Assembly: GCF_022045235.1 (NCBI RefSeq)
Contig: NW_027266343.1
Coordinates: forward strand, 372,001 to 436,000
Reading direction: 5' to 3'
Length of the DNA stretch: 64,000 bases
From: Haliotis cracherodii
Taxonomy: Eukaryota
Shown here piece after piece: positions 39,801-51,820 of this stretch. Positions within the stretch are counted from its first letter, which is position 1, and each line of letters opens with the position of its first letter. The notes beneath the pieces were generated by a model. It searched no databases, was not told where the DNA came from, and was given only the letters and a program-made list of their open reading frames with translations. The position numbers were made by a program, and so were the translations under genes.

Positions 39801-42800
39801 AAGGGGGGGATGGGAGTGTGGAAGGGAGATGATGGGAGTAGAGAAGGGAGAAGATGCCAGTGGGGAAGTCAGACGGTGGTAGTGAGGAATGGAGAGGATG
39901 AGAGTGGGAAAGGGAGAGGATGGGAGTAGGGAAGGTGAGATAATTGGAGTGGGGAAGGTGAGAGAATGGGAGTGGGGAAGGTGAGAGAATGGGAGTGGGG
40001 AATGGTGAGGATGAGAGTGGGGAAGGGAGAGGATGGGAGTGGGGAAGGGTGAGTGGGAATTGGAGTGGAAAAGGGAGACAATTGGATTCTGGAAGGGAGA
40101 GGATGGTAGTGGGATATGTGAGAGGATGGGAGCATGGAAGGTGAGAGGATGGGAGTGGGGAAGGGAGAGGATGAGAGTAGGGAAGGGAGATGGTGTGATT
40201 GGGGAAGGGAGATGATGGTAATGGAGAGGGTGTTAGTGGGGAATGGAGAGGGTGGTATTGGGGAAGGGAGAGGATGAAAGTGGGGAAGGTGAGAGAATGG
40301 GAGCGGTGAATGGAGAGAACGGGAGTGAGAAGGGAGCTGAACGGAGTAAAGATGGTAATGGGGAAGGGAGAGGAAGGTTTTGGGGAAGGGGAGGATGGGA
40401 GTGTGGAAGGGAGATGATGGGAGTAGAGAAGGGAGAAGATGCCAGTGGGGAAGTCAGACGGTGGTAGTGAGGAATGGAGAGGATGAGAGTGGGAAAGGGA
40501 GAGGATGGGAGTAGGGAAGGTGAGATGATTGGAGTGGGGAAGGTGAGAGAATGGGAGTGGGGAACGTGAGAGGATGGGAGTGGGGAATGGTGAGGATGAG
40601 AGTGGGGAAGGGAAAGGATGGAAGTGGGGAAGGGTGAGTGGGAATTGGAGTGGAAAAGGGAGACAATTGGATTCGGGAAGGGAGAGGATGGTAGTGGGAT
40701 ATGTGAGAGGATGGGAGCATGGAAGGTGAGAGGATGGGAGTGGGGAAGGGAGACGATGAGAGTAGGGAAGGGAGATGTGGGATTCGGGAAGGGAGATGAT
40801 GGTAATGGAGAGGGTGGTAGTTGGGAAGAGACAGGATGTTTATTGGGAAGGGACATGATGGTAGTGGGGAAGGGAGAGGATGGTTGTGGGGAAGGGAGAG
40901 GATGTGAGTAGGGAACGGAGAGGATGGGAGTGGGGAATGGAGAGAATGAGAGCGGGGAAGGGAGAGGATGTGAGTGGGGAAGGGAGAGAATGGGAGTAGG
41001 GAAGAGAGAGGATGGGAGTGGAGAAGGGAGATGATGGGAGTATAGAAGGGAGAAGATGCCAGTGGGGAAGGGAGAGCGTGGTAGTGAGGAATGGAGAGGG
41101 TGGTAGTGCGGAAGGTGAGAGGATGGGAGTAGGGAAGAGAGAAGAAGAGTGGGGAAGAGAGAAGATGGGAGTGTAGAAGGGAGAGGATGGTAGTGGGGAA
41201 GAGAAAGCATGTTTATTGGGAAGGGACATGATGGTAGTGGGGAAGGGAGATGATGGGAGTAGAGAAGGGAGAAGACGGCAGTGAGGAAGGGGGAGGGTGG
41301 TAGGGAGGAATGGAGAGGGTGGTAATGGGGAAGAGACAGCATGTTTATTGGGAAGGGACATGATGGTAGTGGGGAAGGGATAGGGTTTGAGGAGTGGGGA
41401 TTGGAGAGGATGGGAGTGGGAAGTGAGAGGTTGGGAGTAGGGAAGGTGAGAGGATGGGAGCAGCTGAAGGTGAGAGAATTGGAGTGGAAAAGGGAGACAA
41501 TTGGAATTGGGAACGGAGAGGATGGCAGTGGGAAATGTGAGACGATGGGAGAATGGTAGGTGAGAGGTTGGGAGTGGTGAAGAGAGAAGATGGTATTTGG
41601 GAACGGAGAGGATGGGAGTGGTGAAGGTTAGAGGATGGTAACGGGGAAGGGAGAGGATGGGAGTGGAGGAGGTGAGAGGGTGGTAGCGGGGAAGGGAGAG
41701 GATGGGAGGAAGTGGGGAATGGAGAGGATGGTTTAAGGGAAGATGGGTGAGAAGGGAGCTGAACGGAGTAAGATGGGAATGGGGAAGGGAGAGGAAGGTA
41801 TTGGGAATGGGGGGGGGGGGGGGGGGGGGGAGTGGGTAGGGGAGATGATGGGAGGAGAGAAGGGAGAGGGTGGTAATGTGGAAGGGAGATGAGGGTAGTG
41901 GGGAAGGGAGATGAGGGTAGTGGGGAAGGGAAAGGATGTTTATTGGGAAGGGACATGATGGTAGTGGGGAAGGGAGAGGATGGTAGTGGGGAAGGGAGAA
42001 GATGTGAGTAGGGAAGGGAGAGGATGGAGAGCATGAGAGTGGGGAAGGGAAAGGATGGGAGTGCGGAAGAAAGAGGATGGGACAGGGGAAGAGAGAGGAT
42101 GGGAGTGGGAAAGGGAGAGGATGAGAGTGGGGAAGGTGAGAGAATGGGAGTGGGGAATGGAGAGGGTGAGAGTAGGGAAGGGAAAGGATGGGAGTAGGGA
42201 AGGGTGAGAAGGGAGCTGAATGGAGCAAACTTGGTAATGGGGAAGGGAGAGGAAGGTATTTGGGAAGGGGTCGATGGGAGTGGGGAATGGAGATGATGGG
42301 AGTTGAGAAAGGAGAAGATGGGAGTGGGGAAGGTGAGAGGATGGGAGTGTGGAAGAGAGAGGATGGGATTTGGGAAGGGAGAGAATGGGAGTGGGGAATT
42401 GAGAGGATGGGAGCGGGGAAGGGTGAGGATGGGAGTGGGAAATGTGAGACGATGGGAGAATGGTAGGTTGGGAGTGGGGAATGGAGAGGATGGGTGTGGG
42501 GAAGGGAGAGGATGGGAGTGGGGGAGGGAAAAGATGGGAGTGGGGAAGGTGAGAGGATGGTAGCGGGGAAGGGAGAGGATGGCAGTGGGGAAGGTGAGAG
42601 GATGGGAGTGGGGAATGGAGAGGATGGTTTAAGGGAAGATGGGTGAGAAGGGAGCTGAACGGAGTAAACATGGTAATGGGGAAGGGAGAGGAAGGTATTG
42701 GGAATGGGGGGTGGGGGGGGGGGGGAGTGGGTAGGGGAGATGATGGGAGGAGAGAAGGGAGAGGGTGGTAATGGGGAAGGGAGATGAAGGTAGTGGGGAA

Positions 42801-44423
42801 GAAAAATGATGTTTATTGGGAAGGGATATGATGGTAGTGGGGAAGGGAGAGGATGGTAGTGGGGAAGGGAGAGGATGTCAGTAGGGAACGGAGAGGATGG
42901 AGAGCATGAGAGCTGGGAAGGGAGAGGATGGGAATGCGGAAGGAAGAGGATGGGAGTGGGGAAGGTGAGAGGATGGTAGCGGGGAAGGGAAGGGATGGGA
43001 GTGGGGAAGGTGAGAGGATGGGAAAGAAAGGGGAAGAGAGAGGCTGGGATTTGGGAAGGGAGAGGTTGGGAGTCTGGAAGGTGAGAGGATGGTAACAGGG
43101 AAGGTGAGAGGATGGGAGTGGGGAAGGTGAGAGGATGGGAGCGGGTGAAGGTGAGAAAATTGGTGTGTAAAAGGGAGACAATGGGAAAGGGTAAGGGAGA
43201 GGATGGGAGTGGGGAAGGGAGAGGATGGGAGTAGGGAAGGGAGATGAAGGGATTTGGGAGAGAAGGGAAGGTATTTGGGAAGGGCATCATCGGAGTGGGG
43301 AAGGGAGATGATGGGAGTAGAGAAGGGAGAGGATCGTAATGGGGAAGGGAGATGAAGGTTGTGGGGAAGGGAGAGGATGGGAGCGGGGAAGGTAGAAGAT
43401 GCCAGTGGGGAAGGGAGAGGGTGGTAGTGTGGAATGGAGAGGGTGGTAGTGGGGAAGGTGAGAGGATGAGAGTGGGGAAGGGAGAAGGTGAGAGTGGGGA
43501 AGAGAGAGGATGGGAGTGGAGAAGGGAGATGATGTAGTGGGGAAGGGAGAGGATGGGAGTGGGGAAGGGAGAGGATGAAAGTGGGGAAGAGAGAGGATGG
43601 GAGTGGGGAAGGGAGAGGATGAGAGTGGAGAACGTGAGAGAATGGGAGTGGGGAATGGAGAGGATGACAGTAGGGAAGGGAAAGGATGGGAGTAGGGAAG
43701 GGAAAGGATGGGAGTAGGGAAGGGAGAGAACGGGAGTGAGAAGGGAGCTGAACGGAGTAAAGATGGTAATGGGGAAGGGAGAGAAAGGTATTGGGAAGGG
43801 GACGATGGGAGTGGGGAAGGGAGATGATGGGATTGGGGAAGGGAGATGATGGTAATGGGGAAGAAAGGGGAAGGTATTTGGGAAGGGCATCCTCGGAGTG
43901 GGGAAGGTGAGAGGATGGGAGCATGGAAGGTGAGAGGATGGGAGTGGGGAAGGTGAGAGGATGGGATCGGTTGAAGGTGAGAGAATTGGAGTGGAAAAGG
44001 GAGACAATGGGAATGAGGAAAGGAGAGGATGGTAGTGGGAAATTTGAGAGGATGGGAGCATGGAAGGTGAGAGGATGGGAGTAGGGAAGGGAGATGATGG
44101 GATTGGGGAAGGGAGATGATGGTTAAGTTGGAAGGGAGGGGAAGGTATTTGGGAAGGGCTTCCTCGGAGTGGGGAAGGGAGATGATGGGAGTAGAGAAGG
44201 GAGAGGATGGTAATGGGGAAGGGAGATGAAAGTGTTGGGGAATGGAGAGGATAGGTGTGGGGAAGGTGAGAGAATGGCAGTGGGGAAGGGAGAGGATGGG
44301 AGTGGGGAAGGCGAGAGGATGGTAGTGGTGAAGGGAGAGGATGGTAGTGAAGAAAAGAGAGGATGGTAGTGAGGAAGGGAGAGGATGGGAGTGGGAAAGG
44401 GAGAGGATAAGATTGGGGAAGGG

Positions 44424-44760
44424 AATTGAACTCGGCGACAACCACAACGGGACGCGCTGACTTGGTTTGATACAGCCGGCCTCTGTCGGGAGCGCCAAGT
44501 CGGGAGCACCCGGCGCCGATAAGAAAGGTACTCGCCGACTTGGCTTGGAAGCGCACGACGCAATACGGAGGAGAGTAAGTGAGTCACTTACATTTAAAGG
44601 TCGCATCGATATCAAAGGCAGGGCCTGTCACACTTTGAACATGCTTGGTGAACATACCCCTGGAGTCGGGGTCAATCCGGGGGGAGACGGCAGGGGCAAG
44701 GCGAAAGGCCAATCACACTTTAAACATGCTCGGGGAACATACCCCGGGGATCGGGGTCAA
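44424..44760. repeat. CpG-rich island 6 (type B; AT-richer core plus ~85-bp subrepeats)
   Basis: Same left end; core GAGTAAGTGAGTCACTTACATTTAAAGGTCGCATCGATATCAAAGG. Confidence 0.88.
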
Positions 44761-47700
44761 TGGGGTGGGGAATGGAGAGGATGAGAGTGGGGAAGGGAGA
44801 TGATTGGAGTGGGGAAGGTGAGAGAATTGTAGTGGGGAAGGGAGAGGATGGTTGTAGAAAAGATGAGAGGATGGGAGTGGGGAATGGAGAGGGTGGTAGT
44901 GGGGAAGGGAGAGGATGAAAGTGGGGAAGAAAGAGGATGGGAGTGGGGAAGGGAGAGGATGAGAGTGGAGAACGTGAGAGAATGGTAGTGGGGAATAGAG
45001 AGGATGACAGTAGGGAAGGAAAAAGGATGGGAGTAGGGAAGGGAGAAAACGGGAGTGAGAAGGGAGCTGAACGGAGTAAAGATGGTAATGGGGAAGGGAG
45101 AGGAAGGTATTGGGGAAGGGGACGATGGGAGTGGGGAAGGGAGAGGATGGGAGCGGGGAAGGGTGAGGATGGGAGCATGGAAGGTGAGAGGATGGGAGCG
45201 GGTGAAGGTGGGAGAATTGGTGCGGAAAGGGAGACAATTGGAATCGGGAAGGGAGAGGATGGTAGTGGGAAATGTGAGGATGGGAGCATGGAAGGTGAGA
45301 GGATGGGAGTGGGGAATGGAGAGGATGGGAGTTGGGAGGGAGAAAATGGGAGTGGGGACGGGAAAAAGATAGAAATGGGGAAGGTGAGAGGATGGGAGTG
45401 GTGAAGAGAGAAGATGGGAGTGGGGAAGGTGAGAGGATGGGAAAGGGGAAGAGAGAGGCTGGGATTTGGGAAGGGAGAGGATGGGAGTGGGAAATGTGAG
45501 AGGATGGGAGAATGGTAGGTGAGAGGATGGGGGTGGGAAATGTGAAAGGATGGGAGCATGGAAGGTGAGAGGATGGGAGTGGGGAATTGAGAGGATGGGA
45601 GTAGAGAAGGGAGAGGATGGTAATGGGGAAGGGAGATGAAAGTGATGGGGAATGGAGAGGATGGGTGTGGGGAAGGTGAGAGAATGGCAGTGGGCAAGGG
45701 ATAGGATGGGAGTGGGGAAGGCGAGTGGATGGTAGTGGTGAAGGGAGAGGATGGTAGTGAAGAAAAGAGAGGATGGTAGTGAGGAAGGGAGAGGATGGGA
45801 GTGGGAAATGGAGAGGATGGGATTGGTGAAGGGAATTGAACTCGGCGACAACCACAACGGGACGCGCTGACTTTGGTTTGATACAGCCGGCCTCCGTCGG
45901 GAGCGCCAAGTCGGGAGCGCCAAGTCGGGAGCGCCAAGTCGGGAGCACCCGGCGCCGATAAGAAAGGTACTCGCCGACTTGGCTTGGGAGCGCCGGGTCA
46001 GCCCGAGACGGGGTCACCCGTCGGCGACCAGAACGGTAGGCGCCGAGTGGGCTTGGGAGCGCCGGGTCCGCCCGACACGGGAACACCCGGCGCCGACCAG
46101 AACGGGAATCGCCGACTTGGCTTGGTAGCGCACGACGCAATACGGAGGAGAGTAAGTGAGTCACTCACATATTAAGGTCGCATCGATATCAAAGGCAGGG
46201 CCTGTCACACTTTGAACATGCTCGGTGAACATAACCCTGGAGTCGGGGTCAATCCGGGGGGGAGACGGCAGGGGCAAGGCGAAAGGCCAATCACACTTTA
46301 AACATGCTCGGGGAACATACCCCGGGGATCGGGGTCAATGGGGTGGGGAATGGAGAGGATGAGAGTGGGGAAGGGAGATGATTGGAGTGGGGAAGGTGAG
46401 AGAATTGTAGTGGGGAAGGGAGAGGATGGTTGTAGAAAAGGTGAGAGGATGGGAGTGGGGAATGGAGAGGGTGGTAGTGGGGAAGGGAGAGGATGAAAGT
46501 GGGGAAGAGAGAGGATGGGAGTGGGGAAGGGAGAGGATGAGAGTGGAGAACGTGAGAGAATGGTAGTGGGGAATAGAGAGGATGACAGTAGGGAAGGAAA
46601 AAGGATGGGAGTAGGGAAGGGAGAAAATGGGAGTGAGAAGGGAGCTGAACGGAGTAAAGATGGTAATGGGGAAGGGAGAGGAAGGTATTGGGGAAGGGGA
46701 CGATGGGAGTGGGGAAGGGAGAGGATGGGAGCGGGGAAGGGTGAGGATGGGAGCATGGAAGGTGAGAGGATGGGAGCGGGTGAAGGTGGGAGAATTGGTG
46801 CGGAAAGGGAGACAATTGGAATCGGGAAGGGAGAGGATGGTAGTGGGAAATGTGAGGATGGGAGCATGGAAGGTGAGAGGATGGGAGTGGGGAATGGAGA
46901 GGATGGGAGTTGGGAAGGGAGAAAATGGGAGTGGGGACGGGAAAAAGATAGAAATGGGGAAGGTGAGAGGATGGGAGTGGTGAAGAGAGAAGATGGGAGT
47001 GGGGAAGGTGAGAGGATGGGAAAGGGGAAGAGAGAGGCTGGGATTTGGGAAGGGAGAGGATGGGAGTGGGAAATGTGAGAGGATGGGAGAATGGTAGGTG
47101 AGAGGATGGGGGTGGGAAATGTGAAAGGATGGGAGCATGGAAGGTGAGAGGATGGGAGTGGGGAATTGAGAGGATGGGAGTAGAGAAGGGAGAGGATGGT
47201 AATGGGGAAGGGAGATGAAAGTGATGGGGAATGGAGAGGATGGGTGTGGGGAAGGTGAGAGAATGGCAGTGGGCAAGGGATAGGATGGGAGTGGGGAAGG
47301 CGAGTGGATGGTAGTGGTGAAGGGAGAGGATGGTAGTGAAGAAAAGAGAGGATGGTAGTGAGGAAGGGAGAGGATGGGAGTGGGAAATGGAGAGGATGGG
47401 ATTGGTGAAGGGAATTGAACTCGGCGACAACCACAACGGGACGCGCTGACTTTGGTTTGATACAGCCAGCCTCCGTCGGGAGCGCCAAGTCGGGAGCGCC
47501 AAGTCGGGAGCGCCAAGTCGGGAGCACCCGGCGCCGATAAGAAAGGTACTCGCCGACTTGGCTTGGGAGCGCCGGGTCAGCCCGAGACGGGGTCAACCGT
47601 CGGCGACCAGAACGGTAGGCGCCGAGTGGGCTTGGGAGCGCCGGGTCCGCCCGACACGGGAACACCCGGCGCCGACCAGAACGGGAATAGCCGACTTGGC

Positions 47701-50700
47701 TTGGTAGCGCACGACGCAATACGGAGGAGAGTAAGTGAGTCACTCACATATTAAGGTCGCATCGATATCAAAGGCAGGGCCTGTCACACTTTGAACATGC
47801 TCGGTGAACATACCCCTGGAGTCGGGGTCAATCCGGGGGGAGACGGCAGGGGCAAGGCGAAAGGCCAATCACACTTTAAACATGCTCGGGGAACATACCC
47901 CGGGGATCGGGGTCAATGGGGTGGGGAATGGAGAGGATGAGAGTGGGGAAGGGAGATGATTGGAGTGGGGAAGGTGAGAGAATGGGAGTGGGGAAGGGAG
48001 AGGATGGTTGTAGAAAAGGTGAGAGGATGGGAGTGGGGAATGGAGAGGGTGGTAGTGGGGAAGGGAGAGGATGAAAGTGGGGAAGAGAGAGGATGGGAGT
48101 GGGGAAGGGAGAGGATGAGAGTGGAGAACGTGAGAGAATGGTAGTGGGGAATAGAGAGGATGACAGTAGGGAAGGAAAAAGGATGGGAGTAGGGAAGGGA
48201 GAAAACGGGAGTGAGAAGGGAGCTGAACGGAGTAAAGATGGTAATGGGGAAGGGAGAGGAAGGTATTGGGGAAGGGGACGATGGGAGTGGGGAAGGGAGA
48301 GGATGGGAGCGGGGAAGGGTGAGGATGGGAGCATGGAAGGTGAGAGGATGGGAGCGGGTGAAGGTGGGAGAATTGGTGCGGAAAGGGAGACAATTGGAAT
48401 CGGGAAGGGAGAGGATGGTAGTGGGAAATGTGAGGATGGGAGCATGGAAGGTGAGAGGATGGGAGTGGGGAATGGAGAGGATGGGAGTTGGGAAGGGAGA
48501 AAATGGGAGTGGGGACGGGAAAAAGATAGAAATGGGGAAGGTGAGAGGATGGGAGTGGTGAAGAGAGAAGATGGGAGTGGGGAAGGTGAGAGGATGGGAA
48601 AGGGGAAGAGAGAGGCTGGGATTTGGGAAGGGAGAGGATGGGAGTGGGAAATGTGAGAGGATGGGAGAATGGTAGGTGAGAGGATAGGGGTGGGAAATGT
48701 GAAAGGATGGGAGCATGGAAGGTGAGAGGATGGGAGTGGGGAATTGAGAGGATGGGAGTAGAGAAGGGAGAGGATGGTAATGGGGAAGGGAGATGAAAGT
48801 GATGGGGAATGGAGAGGATGGGTGTGGGGAAGGTGAGAGAATGGCAGTGGGCAAGGGATAGGATGGGAGTGGGGAAGGCGAGTGGATGGTAGTGGTGAAG
48901 GGAGAGGATGGTAGTGAAGAAAAGAGAGGATGGTAGTGAGGAAGGGAGAGGATGGGAGTGGGAAATGGAGAGGATGGGATTGGTGAAGGGAATTGAACTC
49001 GGCGACAACCACAACGGGACGCGCTGACTTTGGTTTGATACAGCCAGCCTCCGTCGGGAGCGCCAAGTCGGGAGCGCCAAGTCGGGAGCGCCAAGTCGGG
49101 AGCACCCGGCGCCGATAAGAAAGGTACTCGCCGACTTGGCTTGGGAGCGCCGGGTCAGCCCGAGACGGGGTCAACCGTCGGCGACCAGAACGGTAGGCGC
49201 CGAGTGGGCTTGGGAGCGCCGGGTCCGCCCGACACGGGAACACCCGGCGCCGACCAGAACGGGAATCGCCGACTTGGCTTGGTAGCGCACGACGCAATAC
49301 GGAGGAGAGTAAGTGAGTCACTCACATATTAAGGTCGCATCGATATCAAAGGCAGGGCCTGTCAAACTTTGAACATGCTCGGTGAACATACCCCTGGAGT
49401 CGGGGTCAATCCGGGGGGAGACGGCAGGGGCAAGGCGAAAGGCCAATCACACTTTAAACATGCTCGGGGAACATACCCCGGGGATCGGGGTCAATGGGGT
49501 GGGGAATGGAGAGGATGAGAGTGGGGAAGGGAGATGATTGGAGTGGGGAAGGTGAGAGAATGGGAGTGGGGAAGGGAGAGGATGGTTGTAGAAAAGGTGA
49601 GAGGATGGGAGTGGGGAATGGAGAGGGTGGTAGTGGGGAAGGGAGAGGATGAAAGTGGGGAAGAGAGAGGATGGGAGTGGGGAAGGGAGAGGATGAGAGT
49701 GGAGAACGTGAGAGAATGGTAGTGGGGAATAGAGAGGATGACAGTAGGGAAGGAAAAAGGATGGGAGTAGGGAAGGGAGAAAACGGGAGTGAGAAGGGAG
49801 CTGAACGGAGTAAAGATGGTAATGGGGAAGGGAGAGGAAGGTATTGGGGAAGGGGACGATGGGAGTGGGGAAGGGAGAGGATGGGAGCGGGGAAGGGTGA
49901 GGATGGGAGCATGGAAGGTGAGAGGATGGGAGCGGGTGAAGGTGGGAGAATTGGTGCGGAAAGGGAGACAATTGGAATCGGGAAGGGAGAGGATGGTAGT
50001 GGGAAATGTGAGGATGGGAGCATGGAAGGTGAGAGGATGGGAGTGGGGAATGGAGAGGATGGGAGTTGGGAAGGGAGAAAATGGGAGTGGGGACGGGAAA
50101 AAGATAGAAATGGGGAAGGTGAGAGGATGGGAGTGGTGAAGAGAGAAGATGGGAGTGGGGAAGGTGAGAGGATGGGAAAGGGGAAGAGAGAGGCTGGGAT
50201 TTGGGAAGGGAGAGGATGGGAGTGGGAAATGTGAGAGGATGGGAGAATGGTAGGTGAGAGGATGGGGGTGGGAAATGTGAAAGGATGGGAGCATGGAAGG
50301 TGAGAGGATGGGAGTGGGGAATTGAGAGGATGGGAGTAGAGAAGGGAGAGGATGGTAATGGGGAAGGGAGATGAAAGTGATGGGGAATGGATAGGATGGG
50401 TGTGGGGAAGGTGAGAGAATGGCAGTGGGGAAGGGATAGGATGGGAGTGGGGAAGGCGAGTGGATGGTAGTGGTGAAGGGAGAGGATGGTAGTGAAGAAA
50501 AGAGAGGATGGTAGTGAGGAAGGGAGAGGATGGGAGTGGGAAATGGAGAGGATGGGATTGGTGAAGGGAATTGAACTCGGCGACAACCACAACGGGACGC
50601 GCTGACTTTGGTTTGATACAGCCGGCCTCCGTCGGGAGCGCCAAGTCGGGGGCGCCAAGTCGGGAGCGCCAAGTCGGGAGCACCCGGCGCCGATAAGAAA

Positions 50701-51820
50701 GGTACTCGCCGACTTGGCTTGGGAGCGCCGGGTCAGCCCGAGACGGGGTCACCCGTCGGCGACCAGAACGGTAGGCGCCGAGTGGGCTTGGGAGCGCCGG
50801 GTCCGCCCGACACGGGAACACCCGGCGCCGACCAGAACGGGAATCGCCGACTTGGCTTGGTAGCGCACGACGCAATACGGAGGAGAGTAAGTGAGTCACT
50901 CACATATTAAGGTCGCATCGATATCAAAGGCAGGGCCTGTCACACTTTGAACATGCTCGGTGAACATACCCCTGGAGTCGGGGTCAATCCGGGGGGAGAC
51001 GGCAGGGGCAAGGCGAAAGGCCAATCACACTTTAAACATGCTCGGGGAACATACCCCGGGGATCGGGGTCAATGGGGTGGGGAATGGAGAGGATGAGAGT
51101 GGGGAAGGGAGATGATTGGAGTGGGGAAGGTGAGAGAATGGGAGTGGGGAAGGGAGAGGATGGTTGTAGAAAAGGTGAGAGGATGGTTGTAGAAAAGGTG
51201 AGAGGGTGGTAGTGGGGAAGGGAGAGGATGAAAGTGGGGAAGAGAGAGGATGGGAGTGGGGAAGGGAGAGGATGGGAGTGGGGAAGGGAGAGGATGAGAG
51301 TGGAGAACGTGAGAGAATGGTAGTGGGGAATAGAGAGGATGACAGTAGGGAAGGAAAAAGGATGGGAGTAGGGAAGGGAGAAAACGGGAGTGAGAAGGGA
51401 GCTGAACGGAGTAAAGATGGTAATGGGGAAGGGAGAGGAAGGTATTGGGGAAGGGGACGATGGGAGTGGGGAAGGGAGAGGATGGGAGCGGGGAAGGGTG
51501 AGGATGGGAGCATGGAAGGTGAGAGGATGGGAGCGGGTGAAGGTGGGAGAATTGGTGCGGAAAGGGAGACAATTGGAATCGGGAAGGGAGAGGATGGTAG
51601 TGGGAAATGTGAGGATGGGAGCATGGAAGGTGAGAGGATGGGAGTGGGGAATGGAGAGGATGGGAGTTGGGAAGGGAGAAAATGGGAGTGGGGACGGGAA
51701 AGAGATAGAAATGGGGAAGGTGAGAGGATGGGAGTGGTGAAGAGAGAAGATGGGAGTGGGGAAGGTGAGACGATGGGAAAGGGGAAGAGAGAGGCTGGGA
51801 TTTGGGAAGGGAGAGGATGG
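44540..51820. repeat. 1578-bp higher-order tandem repeat, ~4.6 near-identical copies, carrying type B islands at 45834-46338, 47413-47916, 48991-49494 and 50569-51072
   Basis: ORF-track ends recur at 44713, 46291, 47869, 49447 and 51025. Confidence 0.93.

Noticed and set aside
41808-41830. Long G homopolymers (also ~38611 and ~42710)
   Set aside because: Probably slippage or base-calling length error in a G-rich context.
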